From NCBI RefSeq assembly GCF_006345805.1, contig NC_043008.1:24800001-24864000 (forward strand): a DNA stretch of 64,000 nt, in the 5' to 3' direction. Origin of the DNA: Octopus sinensis. Its lineage: Eukaryota. Positions 41,110 to 55,560 of the stretch are shown in pieces. Under the pieces are notes generated by a model, which did no database searches, had not been told where the DNA came from, and worked only from the letters and a program-made list of their open reading frames with translations. The first letter of the stretch is position 1; each line of letters opens with the position of its first letter. The translations under genes were made by a program, and so were the position numbers.

Positions 41110-42610
41110 TGTCAGGTCGCTCTTGAGCGCTGCGGGTAACATGTAACCCAGTACAGCCTGTTATACAGTCGGGTCATCAGCAACCCCACTGAACTTGCTT
41201 GGTGAGGAGGGTGACTGTTGCACACCCTGCGGGACAAAAAATAAACCCCGGAGGTTCGGTGGCCTTCCAAGACTACTGAACTTCAAGAAGATGCAAACAG
41301 ATAAGATTCTAAATCGTTTTATGGCGGCATCATGAAAGCCTATGGTCCTCAAGAGTGCGGTATTACTCTTATGTTTTCATTAAATTCAGAAACAGAGTTA
41401 ACTGACAAATCTAACGTCCTGAAACTATGGAAAGATCACTTCGAAGCCATGTTGAACTCCACCTCAGTCACTAATAGTGATGTCATGTTTATTCCAAAGC
41501 ATGCAGAAATACCAGAATAATCTCTGAAGCTAACCTTCCTGGAAGTGAAACTCTGTTAAATAGATCTCTTCTGGTAAAGCCCCTGGCAGGGATGCTGTCC
41601 CTCCTGAAATCTACAAGCATGGTGGACAGAAGCTTTCCCAGAAATTGCATGACATCTTCATAAATATTTGGATGGTAGACCGTGTACCACAAGACTTCAA
41701 GGATGCTTCAGGTCAATGTCTTTATAAAAACAATGGAAACAAAAGTGTCTGTGGTAGTCACCGTGGGTCCTCGCTTCTCTCTATTACTGATAAGATACTT
41801 GCTCAATTCATTCTTGAGAGGATCATCAAATGCGTTCTAAATTATATCTATCCAGAATCACAGTGCAGATTTCGCCCTGGAAGCGGCACTATTGACATGA
41901 TCATTTCCCTTCGTCAGGTCATGGAGAAGGTGCGTGACAAAATCAACAGTTGTTCATGGTATTCATTGATCTTACTAAGGCCTACAATACTGTTAACCGG
42001 CAAGCACTTTGAAAGGTTGTGAAAAAGCTTGATACATCTGACAACATGTTGAATGTTATCATCTCCTTTCATGAAGTAATGAAGGCTGCTGTCATATCGG
42101 GTGGGGAATCTTCCGTTTCCTTCCATATTACGAACGGCAAAAAGCAAGGTTGTGTTATGGCCTCTATTTTGTTGGCACTCTTCTTTCCATTGATGTTGAG
42201 GTATGCTTTTGGTAACATGCAAAATGTGTCAAATTCCAGTTTCAAACAAGTGATGGATTATTTAATCATCAGCGTTTCAAAGACAGAACACTGCTACGCA
42301 CCAGTATCATTCGCGATCTACTTTTTGGAGATGATGCAGCACTATTAGCGACCTCCTTAAAGGAAGCTCAGGAACGTCTAGACCTGTCGTCTGCTGCATG
42401 TAAAGCCTTTGCTTTGACTATCAGCATAAAGAAAACCGAATTCACCAACCTTGCTCTACTCTTAAACAAAGTCAAGGTGTCAAGCAGAGGTGCCAATTTT
42501 CCTGACACACCTATACAGGTTGATGGGAAAAACCTAAATTATGTGAAGTCATTTACATATCTTGGGGCTAAAGTGAATTCGAGCGCTTCACTTGTACGGT
42601 TTATGTACTG
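41110..42610 (+). mobile_element. Decayed RTE-clade LINE fragment
   Basis: GKAPGRDAVPPEIYKHGG, HRGSSLLSITDKIL, PESQCRFRPGSGTIDMI, GKKQGCVMAS, LFGDDAAL and VKSFTYLG in order. Confidence 0.85.
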
Positions 42611-43235
42611 AGCATTATACTCCGCTACAGGAGCTTTCTGTGATAGCTACTGGCTTCTATAACCTAAACAACGAATATAGACTGCTTGAATATGAAGAAA
42701 TGAAGCTACAGCTGTGAAGTCTTGTTGACCGACAACTTTGTACATTTAGTTCTCGATTCAGAATGGCTTTTGTTACTTTTATTGAAAATATAAGGATTTG
42801 TGATTATTCTCTGGGACCATCTCATTTCAAGAGACGGCATTGACAAACGGTATGAAATACGCTCTTAGCAAGAATGAATTTCTGGAGTAACTAGGATATA
42901 TGTGCAAAATTAATAAGAATTGTCGAATCCAAGCAGAAAAAGTCACTGTGGTAGCAAGAAACTTCATCTCTACACATTGCGACTAGCACTAACAATTAAG
43001 AGAAGTGTAAAACTAACAGAATTCAAAGAAATCTTGAAACCACAATTATACGTTTATAGTGGGTGCTTATATATTTGTTGTCAGGCGTATATGAATATGT
43101 ATATGTGTGAACAATTGTGTATGTGATAAGTTTTATGTGGATGTGAATATGTACGAGTTTCAGCATGCAACATCATATCAGCCTATTTACTTCTACAGAA
43201 ATATAATTTACGCGCGCGCACGTACACACATATAC

Positions 43236-43270
<35 letters not shown>

Positions 43271-43374
43271 TATTTTTGTTGAAGCAAATAGGTCGATATG
43301 AAAGTGCATGCTGAAACTCGTACATATTCACATCCACTTAAAACTTTTCATCACACGCAATTGTTCGCTCATTT

Positions 43375-43460
<86 letters not shown>

Positions 43461-45499
43461 CGAATGAGTGTACACATACAGTGGTCTGCAACAACTTCAT
43501 AGCCGAGGTAATAAATTGCAATGGCAATTTAACTAGAAATACCTTCACTAAAATTATATCCCAAACAAATGCGTACCTCAATATTTTCTAATCCCTTCTT
43601 TGGTTAATATCACAGCTTTCACCCGATAAGGCATTGCTTTGATTAATTTATCAATGTCAGATTGATCGATGTTTATCCATGCTTTCGTGAATGCTACTTT
43701 CAGCTCTATAATTGATTTAATTTTCAACGACTTTGGTCCCAATCTTCTATGAAGATGTTTCCAATTGTTTTCAATTAGCTTTCAGGAACTCATTTCAGAG
43801 ATTTGATTTTGTCGGTTATTTGCCAAGCTTGTGATACCTTCTTCGTAGGGCACAGTGATCCATCTTCAAAATGAGTGGCTTGTTATTGATTCCTACATTG
43901 AAATATATGAGAAATAGCTCCTTTTAAACGATTTAATAGTATTTTGGGCGATTTAAATGAATTTCAGCAAAAACAGTAACTCTGATCTGCCTATCGTCCA
44001 AATTGTCTACCGTATTTGCTACTCGCGCATGTTTAGCTGTTCTTTTCAAATACTCAAGTTCTAAGGTTTGAGGATTGTACCACAAATATTTGCCTTGAAT
44101 TAGAAGTGTGATAGAAATATTACTTTTCTCACACCATATTATTCAAGAATAAATCTCGTCTTCTATCCTGTAGAAGTGCAATTAAAACTTTAGATATTAG
44201 TAGCTTTTGAAATCTTGCAACCTTGTCTTCCTCCATATCACAGTGCAGTGCTTTCAATACTCTTCCTACGCCAAATGGTGGTATATCCATAAAATTTATG
44301 ACTACTTTAAATGATACCAGTCAATGTTTAATAACTTTTCTCACTACACATAAACATACATACACATTCACACACACATACACTCATATTCACGCACCTA
44401 CTTATATATGCACGTGAGCATGTATTTGTGTATATTATATAATTCAATGAGCTGAAGTTAGCTGAGAAGAAATTATATTTTCCACAAGTGTAACATCACC
44501 TACTCTACTGGATAACCCATTTGGCATAAAATATACGGCTTAAATTCTAACATGTCACATACTCTTCTGAACGGTCAAAAGATGTACCGCCTCCAGTAGG
44601 TTCAAGCTAACATGGGCCTCTCTTGAGGAAATGTGTCTCCAATTAAGTAATAATAATTAGATTCGCATGAGTATACACACTAGTTGCGGAAGACTAGATA
44701 CACGTATGGACACGCATAAATTAATTGCAACATAAATTAATTGCACATCTGACAACTTCACAATGATACACACAAGCTTGTATGCTAATATACAACGCAT
44801 TAAACACTCAGTATTAGTGAATATATATATTTTCAATGTACACAACTATACGCATGCTTGCTATTATACGTAAATGTGAAACAAATATAGATACGCTGAG
44901 TCACGAGTCAGCTTTTGAAATCTTGCAATGAAAAGAGTTGTGAACATAGTTGCAGATCAACACTCCTAAAATGCTATATTGTAAAATCTCTATACTCACA
45001 TATACGCCCGTTCTTGTAGACAAACATACAGCTACACACAGGCTCACATAACCACTAATATGTACATTAATATCATCGTTCTCCTAAATGTATACATATT
45101 TACGTATCTGTGTATGTATAAATGCAAGTATATGTGTTTGTGTGTGCGTGGTCTGGGATAATCCTTCGCTTAGACGTTCACTCATTTGTAAACTCACTAG
45201 CAAATTCGATCGTGCATTCAAAGTATAGATATGATGCCATGGAGTTAGTACAAGCTACAGATATATGATTCGCAGAACTGGATTTAATCAAAACAAAATT
45301 TAACGATAAGAATGCAATAAAGTCCGAATAAATAGGAAACGTTTCTCACGAAAGAAATTATACGAGCTACAAAGTAAACACATGTGTTGCTTTTCGAAGG
45401 AGCAAATATTAAGAGGTTCCTGCACATTTTCCCCCATTAATACATGGCAAGATTATTGCAGAAATATTGCGATTAGTAGTGGCATTATTCCGGTATACT

Positions 45500-45880
45500 G
45501 AAAATTATATAAATAAGACAGAGAAAGTTGAGCAGAGAATCTGCATCAAATTTTGAGAAAAGCTTGACAATAGCTGCTCAAAATTTTCAAAAAGATTACA
45601 TCGTTCTCGACACAATCAAGGAAAACTTGTGCAACTGAAACCTGAATGTCTTTTTAATCAGCTGAAATCAGTTTGGGTATAAACTTGGCAACAGGTGTTT
45701 CATACCTAAATCTTCAATGATAATGGATGGAACTAAAACATAACTATTCTGTACATCATCTGATAACTCGCGGATGCTGATTCGACGATTTCCCCTCAGA
45801 GCTGTTCGCACATCTGCGATGTTTTTCTCGGTTCTGCTGGTTGCATGTTTTCCAGAACGTTCGTCAATATCAACATTTTC
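45500..45880. mobile_element. Mariner N-terminal fragments in opposite orientations
   Basis: Plus strand EQRICIKF (~45530-45555); minus strand VDIDERSGKHATSRTEKNIADVRTALRGNRRISIRELSDDV (~45760-45880), typical of the mariner HTH. Confidence 0.6.
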
Positions 45881-45889
45881 TTCTGCCTA

Positions 45890-46145
45890 TATGTCTGTGC
45901 ACCCCTCTGAATGCAATGTATGCCAGAAGGTTTGCAAACATAATGGAGGCGTCAAAAGACATTTTAAGATCCACAAAGATCAGAACTTATACGCAGCTCT
46001 TGGTGACCCAAATCGGATATGCAATTTATGTGGGTGTCTTTTCAAAATATTGTATGGTTTAAAAAGCCACATCAGATGCCATGATAGTCACAATGTGTAG
46101 GTACAGGAGTTGGTCAAACTCTGTATAAGAAGTAGACAACCACCA
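45890..46145 (+). mobile_element. Two C2H2 zinc fingers plus a short UTR and TA tail: probable 3' tip of an RTE-type LINE
   Basis: CNVCQKVCKHNGGVKRHFKIH and CNLCGCLFKILYGLKSHIRCH (both C-x2-C-x12-H-x3-H); no TGEKP linker; stop at 46100; ~45-bp UTR, then (TA)n. Confidence 0.55.
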
Positions 46146-46207
46146 TATATATACACATACTTACAGACACACACATATGTGTATATATATATATATATAT
46201 ACACAGA

Positions 46208-46243
<36 letters not shown>

Positions 46244-46617
46244 TTTATCTGTTTATATTAATGCCCTTAATATAAATAAAAATAAAATGATATATTTCGT
46301 TTTGGGATTTGGTTTGCAAAACTCATTATGCGAGTTCGTGTGTTGAAGCATATTCTGTTGTGTGTGGGGAGAGTCATTTCCTTTTTGTGCCTTATAATTT
46401 AACACACTCACCGGTAAGATTTCCACTTATTTCTTATTTTTATTTTCCTAAATTTTTCGTTGCGTCTTGCAACCTGTTAAATAGTCTTGACTCGGTCTGT
46501 CATTTATACTGCGTTCCTTTTTGTTTGTTTGTGCGCATGTGTGGGTCAGTGTGTGTATGTGCCTATGCATGCAACCATATACGTATGTATGTATGTATGT
46601 ATGTATGTATGTATGTT

Positions 46618-46649
<32 letters not shown>

Positions 46650-47129
46650 TGTACGTACGTATGTATGCATGCGTGTGTATGTATAGACGTGCGTGTATGC
46701 ATATGTATATATGTACGTATGTGTGTGAATCTGTATGTATGGATTTTGCATATTCATGCATTTGCATGTCCGTGTTTGTGTATTTTCTATGTATGTGTGT
46801 GAGCGCGTGTTTGTATATGTATGCACCTCTGTCTCCTTGTGTGTGCATGTCTGTGTGTGTGTGTGTTTTGCAACTATGTACTATGTTTGTATGTATGGAT
46901 GTGTAGTTTTATATGTGTGGACCCGTGTCTACATATGTGTCCTTGTGTGGAGTAAAGTATGTGTGTATATATGATCATGTGTTTCAGTCTCCATTTCCGT
47001 ATGTGTGCTTGTCTGTTCATATAACCTATGTATCTATCCGTCTGTATGTTGATCTGTTTATTTTCATATCCATATGCTAACACACACGTACACCCCCCAC
47101 ACACATACACACATATATCTACATATCAA

Positions 47130-48295
47130 CCCACTAACTATTCTACTCTACATGTGTAAACTGTGGGTATGGAGGTATGATATCGACTATGTATATTTCC
47201 TATTTAGTATTGGGGAGGTTTCATTTATAAGGACGTACTCACATATTTGTCTGAGTGTTGGGTCTTTTGCGCGCTTGGATTAGATGCAGATGTCAAGTTG
47301 ACCCAAGTTACCTCCATGGTAGTCTTTGGCATATTGGTAGAGTATAGAGGACTGTTTTTGTCGTCATATTGTCTCAGATGGTCATTTAGTCGTTCCGCAA
47401 TGCTCCTAGATGTCTCCCCTATGTACGTCATGTTCATTTCTGTACAAACACATTCTTTGCATCTTATGCTATAAACTACATTTCGAGTTCTACAATTAAA
47501 GCCAGGACTAATCCTACATAACATGCAGTTATTGGTGCATATGGTATCCTCACTGGGGTACGGACTACATAGTTATGATCTGACGGTGTTCCCTGGCTTT
47601 TCAACAAACTTAACGTTGAGTTTGATCTCCTTCAGAGCTTTTCTAAATCTACGGGCTAGTTCTCAATGGGATTTGGCCTCTACAACCATCACTCCTTGAT
47701 ATTTGTCAGTTTTATACCACGTGTTCGCCCTGTTTGCTTTGTCACAAGTTCTCTGTATCCTATTCCATATCTAGGGCAGGTACCACTGATATCATTACGT
47801 ATAATGTCTAATTTCTTTCTAGCCCCCCACCGTATACTCGAACCCTATCTTCCTGATCATATCCAGAGAACTCCATGCGGTGCATGAAGTTCTGTATATA
47901 TTTTTCCTTTCATAGGGTTCGCATAGTGGGGACACATTATTCATTATTGTAACTAAGTCTGTTATCAGTATGTTAATTTTCATGTCGTGTGACAAAGCTG
48001 AGTTCTTGTGAACAACATATTTTGAAGTTATGGGTTTCATGTAATAGGAGTGGAGGACCTGCACTCTATTGTTCACAGTCTCTAACCAAAGTTCAGTATC
48101 AAGTACAGGGAGTAATCTATAGTTACCTTGATACTTTGGTGGATGGAGTTAGCTATTTGCTGGATGCTCTCCATTACGTTATTCTCAGTTTCTACATTAC
48201 CGTCACTAGAGTTGGTCCTAACTATGATATTAATGTAGGCCACATGCGGGTAAGATCATGCAGCGCACGAGGAACGGAGAGCATGCTTTCCACAG
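47130..48295 (-). mobile_element. Penelope-like element, C-terminal half (RT thumb + GIY-YIG)
   Basis: Decayed YVDD (RYVAYINI after a 1-nt loss), LPVLDTELW, YYMKPITSK..SAL, and NCRTRNVVYSIRCKEC...YIGETSRSIAERLNDH. Confidence 0.85.
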
Positions 48296-48299
48296 ATAC

Positions 48300-49030
48300 G
48301 TCCGGCAGGATGTCAATAGACAGCTTGCCGAACTACATCCAGACAATGCAACCTCACATCACCAAGACGAAAGTAACAACTTTACAGGCGCATGAGGAGA
48401 GAGAAAAGGTCCTCAACGCCTACATGATGAAAGTGGACAATTGTTCTTGGACCCCAGAAACGCACAGCCAACAATTCCCAAACCTGGAACAACGATATCC
48501 CGACACTGAATGGACTTCGTAAGAAGCACAAAGTAATCACTGATCCTTTGGCGGGACCAGCAACAAGACCAATCTGTGGAGCAAATATCGCTTGCAACTA
48601 CAGGATTTCCTACTTCCTGTCAATGATCATACGCCCCATAATCCGGATGTTACCTGATGTTTGTGACAGCACGGAAGTTCTCCTCAGCAGGATCAACGAC
48701 TGTAACAACACCTGCGACCTGACAGGATGTATAGTGGGTAGCATGGATGTGCTATCCCTATAACCATCTATTGACGAGGATTTTGTGATGGAGAAATGCG
48801 TGGAGATGATCAACGAGAGCGAAGTGGAGTTCCGCAATGTTAACACAGAAGAACTGGGCCTCCTACTTAGACTGACATATGACAATGAATATCTAGATAA
48901 AAACGACTTTAGAAGTTTCTGCCCTAGTAGATGTTTACGAGGTAGGCTACCCACAATTCTATTGCTAGGAAGATCCCTATAGAGAGATGTAGCGGATGGA
49001 CCAGAGCCATACGGACCCCCACAAATACAA
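48300..49030 (+). mobile_element. Penelope-like element, N-terminal RT segment inverted relative to the C-terminal half
   Basis: IPTLNGLRKKHK...TRPICG...DSTE..L...GSMDVLSL*PSID, the PLE RT motifs 1-3, on the plus strand. Confidence 0.8.
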
Positions 49031-49364
49031 TACACAGATAAACATATGGAGCTAAATAACTATATACGTTAACAAAATAAAAAAAAAAATTATATATAAA
49101 AAAGAAAGAATAAAAATAATAAGCAGGTATAAACACATGAACAAAATAAATAAAGACAAATTATAGGAACGTGTATAAACAGGGGATACAGATAATAGAA
49201 GCACTGCCCCCATACACACGTACTTACCAAACATACACACGTACTTACCAAACATAGACACACATAGGGGTATACGCATGTGCAGATAAGGAAACGTACA
49301 AAATACAGAATAGCTGATCGTTCGTAACAAAAAACACACAAATAAGAAGGAAAAAAGCAAAGGA

Positions 49365-49410
49365 CCACTGATGAGGTCACAGAAGTGTGACGAAATAAGT
49401 CTGGCCGAAA
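49365..49410 (+). ncRNA. Minimal hammerhead ribozyme-like fold
   Basis: CCA CTGATGA G GTCACA-GAAG-TGTGAC GAAA TAAG TC TGG. An alternative stem II (GGTCA/TGGCC) uses a second GAAA at 49407-10. Confidence 0.6.
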
Positions 49411-49553
49411 TACGATTAATGTAAAAAATAAAATAAAGCTGAAGCAAATTAACACCAGATATGTAGTGCATGTGTTTTTATTGGCTAAACTGGCAACATG
49501 ACCATCCCCAAATACAACAAAAAAATATATATGTATATATGTATATATATATA

Positions 49554-49609
<56 letters not shown>

Positions 49610-50177
49610 TATACATACATACATACACACATACTCACAGAGTTGCCAAGACAGAGATATACAGAAACACTCAAATATATTCATATGTTCATCTGAGCGA
49701 ATGTGCTATGTGCCTCGATGAAGTAAAACATTTGATATTTCCTTTAGACATAAGAAAGTACGAAATAAAAAAAGTCAAACATTTAATTTTGCAGTTTAAA
49801 TATGTGTAAGTATTCTAAAGTCATTTTACCTCCCAGGCCAGAATAGTTCTAATACAATTAGTGAAAACAATAGGTAACCAGTCTTAGAAATGTGAAAGGT
49901 TAAGTACTGAAAGAATATAATTGATATGAAGAAGGAAATAGAAGCTTTGGGAGCACACGCACACTTTGTGAGTGAACAGGTAATCATTGGGAATCATAAC
50001 CACATTTACATACATACATACAAACACATATATATACATGTATACTTCTATGTATCTCTTTGTATGTGTGTATATATATATACATACATGTACATAAAAT
50101 ATATGTGTGTGTATATATACATTCATATATATAAAATATATACATACATACATACATATATCTACTTATATGAAATG

Positions 50178-50228
<51 letters not shown>

Positions 50229-51689
50229 GAATACATGTATGAGTGTATACATACACACACGTACACACACAGATGTAATATCGTTGCATACTATGAAGAG
50301 AGATGGCTATTCCAACTGAGATCCTGCTAAGATGCAATATCAATTTCAGCATCTTACATCAAATTGCATTATTATATTTAAACATTTTCATTATTATCTT
50401 CTAGCTACGCACTTCTTTTCTTCAAGTTCTCACTAGCAGAATTAGAATTAGCACAACTATGTGGAAAGTAGTAATATATACATGTATATACACATACTCT
50501 AACATTTTCACACACACATACCAACAAACACAGACACACGCCTCAGACCTACATACGCACACATACGCACGCGCGCGCACACACGCACGCGCACGCACAC
50601 ACGCACGAACGCGCGCACAGGCACGCACACACGCACACACACACACATGAAATGTGGAGGCTTGTCTGTACTCGCAGGCATGTGAGTTGCTTCAGGCATG
50701 GCTGTTCACTCGCTTCGCCTCTTCGAAAATTCTGTTTCAGTTCCAATGCACAATACAGGCTTATTTCTACTTATTTCTGCTATCAATGTATCAGAAGCAA
50801 TTACGTGTAGGCGGCTAACCGTGCAGTAGCCTGTCGTTTAAATATGTGTGCATTGTGACAGTAATATGGACTGTTAAATAGAGAAATTTAAAAAGTTTTC
50901 TTTTCGGGTTTTTGAAAATGATTAAGCTGTTAAATTTGAAAATAATTATGAACCGAAGCTTTCCTCTGGCGGAAGAAATCATTGTTTCAACGCATTTTAT
51001 TTTATAACTTTCTGAAAATGTGTTTTATTCAGAGGTCATTACATTAACATATATTCGCCACACAAAGATCAGGAAAAAATGATTTTGGTCAGTGTTATAT
51101 TTTCCAAACCACATAGTGTAGTTTGAATAGAGAAATACTTTTGCATTAAAACCATTTTAGATTCTTGTAAACTATCATTTGTATTTGGTCAATTATTGTT
51201 TCAATTTGACATCTCAGATACAAGAATTGACGACATAGAGCTGTAAAAGTAAGATTTTCGCGTCGGCTCTCAGGCTCAAAAGCTTCACATGAATAGCAAT
51301 ATTCTTCTTAATGTTAATTGAAGAGAGAATTGAGGTTTATAAACAAGTAAGTCAACACCATTAGAACAGCTATTTCCTTTACCAGAATAACATAGATGAT
51401 GATTACATCCGAGATTTTTAATAACTGAAATATTTAAATTACAGTCATAAAGATTAGTTGTTTTTTTACACACATGTTCGCAAAACCCACCAATGAGTCA
51501 GAATGAGTCAGATATTTCGTCAAGTACCATGACAACTCTGGACGCAGGACGGTCACATATGTTTTCAGAGATGCGTATACGTACTCGGACGAGTATGTGT
51601 ATGCGTCTAAATTACGTAAAAATGAAAATAACCTTGATATCTCATTTTAACAGATATATTTACCCAAATAACGTAAAAAATATCTTGAA

Positions 51690-52429
51690 ATACTAAAGAG
51701 TAAATTCTTTTAAATAAAATCGCCTTTGGCTTCAACCACGACCCCCAGACGACTTCGGAATCTCCTACAGCTCTTCTGGATAGTCTCCTTTACGTTGATG
51801 AATCCTTGCCTTCAGGTCATCTTTGGTGTTATCAGGAGTTTTGTTGGTCTCTCGCTCAACTGCACCCCACACATTATAATCAAGTGGGGTGCAGTCTGGG
51901 GATTTAAGTGAACAGATATAGTCGTAGAAATATGTCTGGTTTCTCCTGCTTGTGAGGCATGGTGCAGAGTCCTGTTGCCAGACATAGGATCTTCCAGCAG
52001 CTAACCTCTTGGCTCAGGGGAGCACTACCTCCGCGAAGCATTTGATGTAGGCCTCCGTGTTCAGTCTGGGGCTATGTGGGAAGATGACTGGAGGAATAAC
52101 GTCACCATCACTAGTGATTACTCCAAACACTAAAATGTTGACTGGATGTTTGGTTTTTATCACTTACACTACATGTCCTCAGATTGCACTCTTCTCATAT
52201 TGACGCCCAAACATTCTGAAATGTTCGTATTGGAGCATCCGGTGCGAATGCCAGCAGTACAGCATGTCGTTTCCAAATTTCTTGCAGAGTGATTTGCGTC
52301 ATGGTGCTGTTTTTCTCACCGATGGTGCCCAATTGATCCTACTATACTTTGTAGTCAACAAAATCAAAAACAAACAATGCGCATGTGCGAAATTAAAATA
52401 TAAAATGGCGACAGTTTGCCCGTTGCATC

Positions 52430-52432
<3 letters not shown>
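51690..52432 (-). mobile_element. Internally deleted DD37D (maT-like) Tc1/mariner element
   Basis: KHPVNILVFGVITSDGDV.PP, YVWQQDSAP, SPDCTPLDYNVWGAVE; the 5' terminus CAGGATGCAACGGGC follows TA at 52433-34. Confidence 0.8.
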
Positions 52433-52473
<41 letters not shown>

Positions 52474-52477
52474 TATA

Positions 52478-52529
<52 letters not shown>

Positions 52530-52989
52530 TGTGTGTGTGTGTGTATACATACATACATATAAAATACTTGCATATACACATACACATATATATATATATA
52601 TATATATATTGTGTGTGTGTGTGTGTGTGGTGTGTGTGTGTGTGTGTGTGACGTCCATTACTACAAAGAACAAACACATGCAAAGAATTACAGACAATAA
52701 ATTGAGAATTTATGGATTTGTTAAGAAGCTCTCTTCAGAACTCTTTGATCGCAAACCCATCATATGCTTATATGTGCATATATAAGATGAGCTTCCTGTC
52801 AGTTTCTGTCAACCAAATTCCATTAAGACTGAATGTAAGACACCTTGTATTGAACATGGGAAGCAGATTAAAACTACAGTTGTGAAGAGAGCTTCTTAAC
52901 ACACGACATGCAATCTTCAACTTATCGTAAGTCTTTGTGTGTGTGTTTGCGCGCGTGTGTGCACGTGTGTATTAATGAACGTTATTTCC

Positions 52990-54300
52990 CAAAAGTTAGT
53001 AAGTAAATATTAATAAACAGACCTTAAGTAGTGTGTTAAAAATATCATAAAACAATCTATACCAGATATTGAAACATGAAGATTATGAAGATACCAAGGA
53101 AGCATGAATAAGGGAGAGAGTTCCACGAGTCAGATATTTCTTCGAGGGAAGAAACTACTGAAGTAGAAGTTATTCTTTTAACAGAGGGACATCAATATTA
53201 ATATAATGAGATGTAGTAGAAGACCGAATTAATCGATAAATGACACTAAGAATTGGAACAAAGCAATCATACAAGTACTAATAGAAGAGAAAGAAAGAGG
53301 TAATGCTAAGATGACGGCAGGAGCCTTTAATTTTAGTTTAACACATGAGCTAGAAAGTTACATTTTTTAACAAGATCAAGGAAAAACACCAGCAAAGTTA
53401 CCAGCTTAACACATAACTTTCCAATAAACGGATGAGTCCGAAGTTTTGAAGTAGCAGAATACTTTTGGAGGTAAGTTGAAAATAACATCGATATACAGAA
53501 TTAACTCTCGTAGCAACATAAAAAGCAATAAATTTAATATAATCATGCCTACTAAAAGCATTAGAAAATTTTTAACCTAAAAGACAGAAATTATAACTTC
53601 CTAGAGTAATAGCCTGCAACAGACATAGAAAAAGATATTTCACCACAACTCTGGAAACGATCAAATTAAAAATTTTTCACTTTTGCTACTATGAAAATAA
53701 CCAACCATTAAGCACTCTACAAGTTATAGAACGCAGAAAAACCTTAGGAGACCCAGTCATTTGCACCCGATCAAACACATCATATCTCTTAATCGAACAC
53801 AAATACTTGTTACCATCATCAAAGTTACAATGTTTAAAAAGTATATTATCCTGACGGTCATAAATATAAATTCAGACCAACAATAGAAACATGATGAAAA
53901 CCATATGCGATGACCTCCCAGAAAATATTTAAAAAGTCTAAGGAATTATCTCTGAAATTAGATTTGATTTGATTTCATATAAACTTTTGGAGAAGACCGC
54001 TATAGCAAGCTCTGGCAATTATTTTCAAGCAAAACTTACTTCATCCAATTACCTACATCACTATATGACTATTCACTTATCTTAGAAAACTTAATGGGTA
54101 CGCAAAGTATAGCAACCATATTATTTGTTGAAAACAGATGGGGTGAATCACAATTTAAGTCAAGAAACTGATTCATCATCAAAGACTCAAATGCATTGCA
54201 ACTATTGGAAGGTGAATGATTGGTGGAAGTAATGAGAGTCATAATGTCCATCAGGGATTTTTAAAACTGGAATAACATATTGATTTCCACCATGCTGGAA
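52990..54300. mobile_element. Old Penelope-like remnants
   Basis: Plus strand SYRTQKNLRR (cf. AYRR.KNLRD) near 53720; minus strand DGHYDSHY (cf. D.H.YL..S) near 54230; otherwise unreadable. Confidence 0.3.
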
Positions 54301-54509
54301 ACGAAGATGCAGCTATACATATGTTGAAGCGGTTAGCCAGAATGACAGGAACTGAGAATATATTAGACAAATAAATTTATTAGTTAGAATATATATAAAA
54401 AATAAAATTATAAGAAACAGAGACCGTGTAAGCCTCCGGGCTTAAGGTAATCTTTAGGCTGTACTTTGAGAATAGTTACATGTTAAAAATAGTAACTTTT
54501 ACGAACACA

Positions 54510-55560
54510 TACGAGGAAAAACTGAAAAGAGCGTAAGTTGACCAAATAAGATTTGTTTTTCAGCATAGTCCCCCTTGCGATACATACTCTTCTTTCATCG
54601 GTGTTGCAGTGCTTAGGTTCTATGAGGAAGAAGCTTTCGCACTGTTGGTTAAAAAAAAGTCTTCAACAGCAGATATAAAGGCACCAGCAGTACGATACTG
54701 GTTTCCAGTCAAGTGCTTCCATGTTGAAAAACAGATAATAGCCAGATGGGGGAAAATCAAGAGAATGTGGAGGGTGATCAACCAGCTAAAAACCACAATC
54801 ACACACATCATCCATTGAAAGCAAGGAATTGTGTGCTGGAGCATTACCCGCCCTGATGAGACAAGACACCCTTAATTAGATTTCCAGGGCGTTTTACTTA
54901 GTCTTTCGTAAGTACTCCCATTGCTTGTGTGGCTGTCTCGAAGGGCCAATAAACTTACTGCGTTTCGCATCCCAAAAACCCGAGGCCCTCAACTTACCTG
55001 CATATGAAATGACCTTGGCTTTCTTTGCAGCAAGCGAGACGGGATGTTTCCACTACATTGACTGTCTCTTCACCTCCGAGTTAAAGTGACGAAACCAACA
55101 TACATCTTGGATTAGGAAACGTTCAAGAAACCAGCTGGATCTGCCTGTAAAAATGTCAGATTTTTCCGTGATGTGATCAGCCTGGTGCGGTTTTGATCAG
55201 GTATCAGAAAACATGGCACCCACCGAGCAGAAACTTTTGCGATACCAAATTCATGGTGCAGAGTATTTTCAACTCTCTAAGATACGCTAACAGCATTGGC
55301 CATTTGATTTATCCATTACTATGTGATCATTGTTTTTTTTTCGGCGTAGGTAGATGCAGGGCATCCACACCTTGGAACATCTTCAAGTGTATCCCTTTCC
55401 CCCATCTTAAATTCAAATGTCCACTTTTGCACTGTTGATATGATGGAGCTTCATCCCTTAATATAGCAACTATCTCAGCATGAACGTCCAGCAAATACTT
55501 GATACACGACGATGCAAAATTTTGACCATCTTCAAGAGAAGTCGCTATTGTTTTTTTTTA
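54510..55560 (-). mobile_element. Decayed mariner (DD34D-type) transposon
   Basis: AKVSARWVP, AKKAKVIS.AGK.RASGFWDA, DHPPHSLDF (cf. YSPDL), ISAVEDF; terminus TA|CGAGG at 54510. Confidence 0.8.
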
